NCBI RefSeq assembly: GCF_009914755.1
Contig: NC_060929.1
Length of the DNA stretch: 64,000 bases
Reading direction: 5' to 3' (one strand)
Source: the human T2T-CHM13v2.0 reference genome, Homo sapiens
How positions within the stretch are numbered: position 1 is the first letter of the stretch; each line of letters opens with the position of its first letter. A program made the translations under genes and the position numbers. Under the pieces are notes generated by a model, which was not told where the DNA came from, made no database searches, and was given only the letters and a program-made list of their open reading frames with translations. Shown here in pieces: positions 55,971-64,000 of this stretch.

Positions 55971-57034
55971 CCCCACCGTCCCAGAAGCCCAGCCTTCTTC
56001 ACCTCTCACTAGCACTCACTGGTGGACTTTGTGGCACCTAGCCCGGGCACTCTGGCAGCCCAGAGGGAGCTTGTCCCAGACAACCAAGAGGAAAAGAGGG
56101 GAAGAGAGAAAGAGATGGAGACCTGCCATCGTGGCCAACAACCCCGCGAAGAGGGAATGGCAGTCCATGCATGGGACCCAGCCTCTGATCAAGCCTAGCA
56201 GGTGCCAGCTGGCAGTGCTGAGTGCAGAGCCCAATGAACCCATGCTCACTCAGAACTTGCCCAGGCCTGCGAGTGCTGCATGCAGCCCCAGCTCCCACCC
56301 GCGCCTCTCCCTCCATACCTCCCTGTGAGCAGAGGGAGCTGGCTCTGGCCTCGGCCAGCCCCAGAGAGGGGCCCCCACAGTGCAGTGGTGGGCTGAAGGG
56401 CTCCTTGAGTGCGGCCAGACTGGACACCAAGGCTGAGGAGGCGCCAAGAGTGAGCGAGGGCTGCTACCACATTGTCACCTCTCGGTCCCATTGGACCTCT
56501 GGTGAGGTGGATATTGTTAAAAAAAAAAAAGTCAATATCATATGTCTTCTGTTATCTCTACTGTGATTGGTAGACTGCATTGATAACCTGGGAGTTCTGG
56601 GAGTTGGCGTTACCTTAGAGTCAGCGTACAATAGTTTTCGAAATATTTGGGTATTTTCCTTTTTTTCTAGTGCCAGGTTATACTGATGATTAGCTATAGG
56701 CCGCTTTGGAGAAGACTAGGAAGAATCATGGTACCCACTTGTGGTATTACTTTAGGTTTATTCATTCCTTCATGGAACCCAGATTTTTCTTCACTAATCC
56801 TTCACTGAGTCTGTGAAGGATTCAGGACTGGAAATTGGGCAAAGTCTTCCTAGTCTTGGGGTATTCTTAGGACTTGGTGTTTTCTTATTCAAATCAAGTA
56901 GAACCTCAGCAGTCTGACTTCACATATTTATTCCAGGGACTAAATAATCTATTAAAAATCACCAGAGTTCCATGTGGGTCAGACCATTTTGATTACAATG
57001 ATGACTCATTGTTTATAATAGCAGGAAGTTGAGG

Positions 57035-57195
57035 GTGGGGGGTGAGGAAATCAAGGTTTCTAAGATAGAAAACTTAAGGAGGCCCGCACTCCTGGGGTAT
57101 CAGAAGTGCCAAGCCCTTCTCTTGCACAACCTTGAGAGTGAATGCTTCCTTAAGTTTTGTGTCTTAGGTGCTTTAATGGCCTCACCCTAGACCTG
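57035..57195. mobile_element. MER96-like hAT MITE
   Basis: Internal IR aaaacttaagga...tccttaagtttt; end 'gcctcaccctag'. Confidence 0.45.
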
Positions 57196-57349
57196 TGTAA
57201 GAGTCATCATGTGCTTTGACTTTACCTCTGATTGAATACTGCTTCTTGGACTCCATCATCTCTAACATCTTGGATTCCTTCATCCCCACTGAAATTGAAG
57301 AGATAATTTCAATTGCAATCAATTGTGCAATGCGATTGTTTCCCTGGTT

Positions 57350-59010
57350 GTGTGTGCTGTGCTGCCCAGGCCCTCTCTTTAGGATTGGTAGCTAAGGGCT
57401 CTCAGCTGAGTTGCTCACCAGGAACTGCGCTCAGGTGAAGGAAGTCACCTTGCCAAGATCACACCCCTCCCTGGGGGTTAGCCTTCAACATGAAGCTATA
57501 AGGGTCTGCACACCATGCCTCAAAGGTGGCCATTCCAGCTCCAGAGCTCTTGGTGGGAACTACATTACAGTTCATCCCTCCCTCTTCCTCATCCTCTTGT
57601 TTTCACTCCCCCACACATGTAGAACAAGAGAACATTCACCAATAAACTTCCTACATGTGTATCTCCTCTCAGAGTATGTTTCCTGGAGGACCATATCTAA
57701 GGCAGCTTGTGCCAGGTATGGTATGAGGAAACAGATCCTATAATAAGATTTTGGATCAGGATCACCTGCCAGCTGACTGCTACTGAGGACAGCATCCTCT
57801 GTGGGAGTGAAACACTGGTAGACCCTGTCATACTGCAGTGGTGCATTCATTAAAACTTTCATGGCTGGTGTACACGATGGGATACCAATAGAAAAGAATC
57901 CAGCCATGGACTGCAGAAAAAAATGCAGAGGTAGGGGAAATACCACAGGTGTTTGAGAAGTTTAGGGGAAGTAGTAATTAACTGTGGAACTGAATAGCTA
58001 TTCTGGGAGGCAATTAATGCAATGGAGTAAGACAATGGAAAACGGAGGCAGGGGGCATGAATCACTAAGGAAAGGCTAAGTGTGAAAGACAGAGGGCATC
58101 TCTGGTAGCATAGAAAGACTCCTCCTCAGCTGGAAGGCAGAAAAACCTGAGGGTTGGGCCTAGTGTGTAATTATAAGAATAATATCACTCCAGATGAGGT
58201 TGAATTCTCAGTATTAGAAAGTCTGTGACACCAAGATTAGGGTCCTGACTGGAAGGAGTGGTACATTATGACATGGGATGGGAACATCTGGGTCAATGCA
58301 TTAGAAAATATTGAATCTCCATATCCTTCTGAACCTTCTAAGCCTGCAGAAAAAGCAAACCACTTGCTGTTAAAGGACCTGTGTTCCCTCCTTGCTTGAA
58401 GACAATGTAGAAGCCTCTTCCGTGCAAGACAATATGAAGCTCCTGCAGGATCTACCCCTATCTCATATCCCGGCTCCCAGCCTATTAATTAGGGTTTAAT
58501 CACAATACAACTCAGCTGTGGAGGTGCTGGGTCTGCTAAGGAAGGATAGAGACTCTACCCTGAAGGAACTACAGGATTTCACCAACATGTACTAGCAGCA
58601 GCTGGGAGAATGTACATGGCAATGGATCCTGAGACTCTCTGGCTTGAGGGCTAAGAACACCATAGTGGGGAAATCCCTGAAACTCCTTGTCCATTGCTCA
58701 CTGCCCCAGCCAAAAGAGTATTACATTGTCATAGTAAACAGCACGGATTGGTATCCTAAAGGATGCAGGGGTCATGGTTTCCCTAATATCCCCATTTAAT
58801 TTACAGATTTGGCCACTACGTAAACTCCCTGGAGGATTACAACTTACCAAAACTCAACGAGGTAGTATCTCCCAATGCAGCTGCTGTGTCAGATGTGGGT
58901 ATCTTCACTAGCAAATGAACAAGGCTGTAAGTACATGGATTGTAGCCATTCTTGTCACGAAGGAGGATCAGAAACAGTTCCTATTCACTAGAGATGGATA
59001 ACAGTGTACG
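57350..59010 (+). mobile_element. LTR16-like LTR (to ~57703) followed by decayed ERVL (HERV16-like) internal sequence
   Basis: 'aataaacttcctaca...ctcagagtatgtttcctgg...taaggca' LTR end, then PBS-like 'gtgccagg' and RT-like 'cccatttaattta...tggcc'. Confidence 0.6.
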
Positions 59011-59393
59011 TTCTTACCTTGAGCCACTTCTCTTTCCACATAAAGTGGGCAAACAGGTGTGTGGTCTAAAGTTCTGTTCATTGTGAATAGTGCCCCTTGC
59101 TGTAGTGTTTCAGGGCCACCTCCAGACAGGCAATAGCACAGCAGCTTCCCATTTCCAGCTCTGCACAGCTTCAGCAGCCTGTTATAATGGGCCTTACCAT
59201 AGGTGTGATCTGAAGGCTAGGGACATGATGTTCCACTTAGAATGTATTTTTCTGCATTACACCAGTGGATTTTTGTCACCTCAAAACTTTGTTTAACGCT
59301 GGTCACCATAGTTTAATAGTGGAGCAACTGTTAGAATCATTAAGAACTGCTTGAGCTGGCACATTGAATCCAGACTCTTGGGCTAGGTTATCT

Positions 59394-59807
59394 GTATCAG
59401 TCAGGGTTCAACCAAAGAAATAAAAGATATAAGAGACGTATTGCATGGAGTTAGCTTATATGATTGTGGAGGCTGACAAGGCAAGTCCAAAATCCATAGG
59501 GCTGGTCATCAAGAATGGCAGGCTGGAATTTCTGGGTAAGAGGTTTAATTACTTTACACAGGTGGGATTTCTTCTTCCTTAGGAAAGCCTCAGTTCTGCT
59601 TTTAAGGCCTTTCAACTGACTTAATCAAGCCCACTCAGATCATCTAGGATTATCTACATTATCTAAAATAATCTCCTTTACTTAGTCAACTGATTATGGA
59701 TTTTCATTACATCACAAAAAGCTTTTACAGCAGCACTTGGATTAGTTTTGATTGAATAACTGGGAACTATGGCCCAGCCATGTTGATCTATAAAATTGAC
59801 CACCACA
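59394..59807 (-). mobile_element. MLT2 LTR
   Basis: 'tcagggttcaacca...tgattgtggaggctgacaag...ttgatctataaaattgaccaccaca'. Confidence 0.75.
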
Positions 59808-60309
59808 GTACCCATACCATTAAATTTAATCCCACTTAAAAACAAAATCTAAATGTTTTTCTTGTTTGATTGAAAATCCTTAGAATGTATTCTCATGTAC
59901 ATTCCCCAGATTTTTGCTAATGTAAATTAGTTAAGTATATAATTCTTTTGTGTTTAAGTCAGCCTCTTCAAAATTTGACTTTTTAATGGCAGCTTTTGGG
60001 AAATCCAGGATCTGACCCTAAATGTAGAAAGAAGTGGCCTGGAATCAAGAAAGGCTCAGTTGGCATGGAGAGTTTGAGGGGCTCCAAGTGCTACAAATCC
60101 TCTCATATGCCCCTATTCCTATTCTCAGATTGCCACTATTTACCAATCAATTCCTATCTTTCATATAGGAGACTTTAAAAGGCATTATTTTCAACTCCAG
60201 TTGCAACTCAGAAACCAGCAGGCCCAAACTTTGCTTTCCTTCTGGCTACTTCAGAATTAAGAAGCCAGAAGAATTAAGAATCCCTTGGTTTTAGTTTACA
60301 TCTGAGTGA

Positions 60310-60648
<339 letters not shown>

Positions 60649-61189
60649 TTGTCATTCTATTTTTAAAGAGAAGTTCAATGCTGTTAGAAGCAGCTATCCC
60701 ATTTCTACATCTCTGAATTTCTCACATCTTTTATACTCTTTGGAAGCAGGAAGACAGTATCAAAAAGTTTTGCTTCACATGGGCATGTTATTTCAGATGT
60801 CCATTGATAATAATTTATTTGGCCATCTTGCTACTATATACTATGAACTTCCAGATTCCTATCATGTGAATATTAATGAGACTTTGACTCATTCTGCCCC
60901 AGTTAATCTAGATAACCCCAGTTTTCTCACGTTTTCCTTAGAGTCTATTGCCTACAACACATCTGCTGGTGCCAATTTTTGTTTTGAACGGTATTCTTGG
61001 TTGCAAGCCAGGGAAACCAACTCAGGCATCTTAGCCAGAAAAGGAATACTAGGGCCTCATAGAATTGGCAGGATGCTGGAGACCAGGATCAGAAATTGAA
61101 ACATATAAACCAAGGTAGCTTTGGGAAGTCAGGATGCTGGAAATACAATTGTCTCTTGAAGAACACTCTTCCCAGAATTTAGCTGCTGG

Positions 61190-64000
61190 GGTTGGCACCT
61201 CCCCGCAACTTTTGTTTCCTCTCTTACCATATGTTCTTTGCACACACCAGCTCCTTTTTGCCTTCCACCATGAGTGGAAGCAGGTTGAAGCCCTCACCAG
61301 AAGCAAATGCTGACACCATGCTTTTTGTACAGTCTGCAGAACTGGGAGGCAAATAAACCTCTTTTCCTAATAAATTGTCCAGCCTCAGGTATTCCTTTAC
61401 AGTAACACTACATGGAGTAAGACAGAAGATACGTACTGAGGAGTGGGCTGTTGCTATAAAGGTACCTGAAAATGTGGAAGCATCTTTGGAACTGGGTTGG
61501 AAGAGTTTGGAGGGCTCAGGAGAAGATAAAAAAGTGAGGGAAAGTTTGGAACTTTAAGAAGTTCTGGTTAAGAAGACTGGTTAAATGGTTGTGACCAAAA
61601 TGCTGATAGAAATATAGACAGTAAAGGTCATGCTGATGAGGTCTCAGATGGAAATTAGGAACTTATTGAGAACTGGAGCAAAGGTCACCCTTTTTTCCCC
61701 TTAGCAAAGAACTTGGCTGCATTGTGTCCATGCCCTGCAACTTGTGGAAAGCTGAATTGGAGAGTGATGAACTAAGGCATCTGGTGGAAGAAATTTGTAA
61801 GCAGTAAAGCATTCAAGAAGTGACATGGCTGCTTTTAACAGCTTATTATCAGATATGAGAGCAAAGGAGTGACCTAAAGTTGGAATTTATAATTAAAAGG
61901 GAAGAAGAGCATAAAAATTTGGAAAATTAGCAGCCTAGCCAAGTGTTAAAGAAGGAAAGAGCATTTTCATGGGAGGAATCCAGAGGTGCAGCTGAGATGC
62001 CATTTGCTAGAGAGATTTGCATGGCTAAAAGGGAAAAAGTCTCCTACAGCATTTTAGAAATATTTGAGGCAGCCCCTCCCATCACAGGCCCAGAGGCCTA
62101 GGAGTACAGAAAGATTTCAGGGGTCAGGCCCCAGCACCACTGCCCTGTGCCACCTCAAGATGCTGTTCCCTGCATGTTGGCCCCTCTGGCTCCAGCTGAG
62201 GCTCAAAGGCCCCCAGGTATTGCTTGGGCAGCTGCTTGGGAGGGTGCAGGTAGTAAGCCCTGGTGACTTTGTGACATTAAGTCTGCAGATGTGCAGAATG
62301 CAAGAGCGGTAGAGGTGTGGCAGCTCCACCTAGATTTCAGAGGATATATGGGAAGCCTGGGTGCCCACGGAGAAGTCTGCCACAGGGGTAGAGTTCCTGA
62401 AGAGAACATTTACTAAGGCAATGCTGAGCAGAAATGTGGGGTTGGAGCCCCCAAAGAGAGTCCCACTAGAGCACTATCTAGTGAAGTCCTGGGAGAATGG
62501 CTGGTGCCTTTGAGACCCCAGAATTATGGAGCTACCATCAGTGTGTGCCTTCAGCCTGGAAAAGCCACAGACATTGAACTCCAACCCAGGAGGACAGCCA
62601 CGTGTGCTGCAATGGGCAAAACATGGGGGCAGGGCTCCCAGAGGCCACAGGAGTCCACCCCTTGCTTCGAGTGTGCTTCAGACAGGGGAGATGGAGTCAA
62701 GGGAGATTATTTTGGAGCTTTAAGATTTAATGTCTAACCTGTTACCCCTTTCTTTTGGCTGATTTCTCTCCTTTGGAATGGGAATGTTTACCTAATACCC
62801 ATGCAGCTATTCTGTCTTGGAAATAAATAACTTGTTTTTGATTTTACAGGCTCACAAGCTGTAAGAAACTTGCCTTAAGTCTCAGATGAGACTTTGGACT
62901 TTTGAATTGATGCTGGAACAAGTTAAGGCTTTTGGGGACTATTGGGATGAAATGATTGTATTTTGCAGTGTAAGAAGGACATGAGATTTGAGAAGCCAGA
63001 GGTGGAATGCTGTAGTTTGTATATGTTTGTCTCCCAAAACTCATGATTTTTTTTGATAGAAACAATAAGATACTTTTATCTTCAAAGTACTTGATAAATT
63101 CACAGAAGAAAATAGTTTCTATATCCACCCATTACAGATTAAGAACAAAAGAGATTGGGAAAAGATCTGTTTAACATTTCTCTATATGATTGGGAAAATA
63201 TCTAGCTTAACTTCTTTTTAAAAAATTTTTTTAAAATTTAAAATTTCTAATTTTTAAATTTTTAAATTATATTTTAAATTCTGGGGTACACGTGCAGAAC
63301 GTGCAGTTTTGTTACATAGGTATACACGTGCCCTGGTGGTTTGCTGTATCCATCAACCCATCACCTACATTAGGTATTTCTGCTAATGCTGTCCCACCCC
63401 TAGCCCCCCACCCCCTGACAGGCCCTGGTGTGTGATGTTCCCCTCCCTATGTCCATATATTCTCATTGTTCAACTCCCACTTTTGAGTGAGAACATGTGG
63501 TGTTTGGTTTTCTGTTCCTGTGATAGTTTGCTGAGAATAATGGTTTCCAGCTTCATCCATGTCCCTGCAAAGGACACGAACTCATCTTTTTTATGGCTGC
63601 ATAGTATTCCATGGTGGATATGTGCCACATTTTATTTATCCAGTCTATCATTAAATTCAATCTCCAATCTTAGAAGTGGAGTCTAGTGGGAAGTGTTTGG
63701 ACTTGGGGACAGATCCCTCATGAATGTCTTGGTGCCATCCTCAGAGCAATGAGTGAGTTCTCACTTTGTAAGTTCCCTTGAGAGCTGGTTGTTTAAAAGA
63801 GTCTGGCACCTCCTTCCTTTCTTTCTTGCCCTTGCCATGGTGCCTCCTCTCCAGGGAACATCTCTCTCTGCACACACCAGCTTCCTTCCACTGCAGCCAT
63901 GCATGGAAGCAGCCTTAGGCCCTCACTAGATGCAGATGCTGGCACCATGCTTCTTGTACAGTTTGCAGAACTATAAGCCAATAAACCTCTTTTCTTTATA
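61190..64000 (+). mobile_element. MST (MSTB-like) MaLR element: partial LTR to 61424, internal 61425-63007, second LTR from 63008 running off the window
   Basis: MST LTR and internal consensus motifs. Confidence 0.85.
63212..63652 (-). mobile_element. 5'-truncated L1PA (L1PA7-like) 3' end, inside the MST LTR
   Basis: 'ttctggggtacacgtgcagaacgtgcag...ccagtctatca' L1PA 3' UTR. Confidence 0.92.

Larger units (their letters stand above)
50226..56484 (-). mobile_element. HERV9 (ERV9) provirus with LTR12-type LTRs, pol and env largely deleted
   Basis: LTRs 50226-51301 and 55316-56484; TSD gtcc (50222-25 / 56485-88); PPT at ~51302-51312; gag and env remnants. Confidence 0.93.

Overview
This is primate (human-like) genomic DNA. 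It is CpG-depleted and repeat-dominated, and I recognise no intact cellular protein-coding gene; nearly all ORF-track entries are Alu/L1/LTR artefacts or decayed retroviral gag/pol/env. The first 32 kb holds about 22 Alus, old L1/MIR/MaLR/DNA-transposon relics and a rearranged processed pseudogene (26.4-27.9 kb). The 33-64 kb half is a dense nest of endogenous retroviruses: a THE1 solo LTR and a full THE1 element, a 10.9-kb PBS-Pro ERV1 provirus (LTR27/28- and MER52/HUERS-P-like) inserted into an Alu monomer and carrying an L1PA and an Alu, a MER61-like LTR, an LTR14A-like solo LTR, a deleted HERV9/LTR12 provirus, ERVL relics and an MST element. I find no evidence for a new biological system. 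The most unusual signals are structural: (1) the ERV1 provirus has a U5 end at both termini, with its 5' LTR replaced by a U5 fold-back still flanked by the 4-bp TSD; (2) the retrocopy shows an inversion plus a 214-bp inverted duplication that carried its target-site copy along; (3) a probable L1 3' transduction; (4) several local templated duplications. Repeat subfamily names are from recalled consensus sequences, not a database search, and boundaries of old repeats are approximate.
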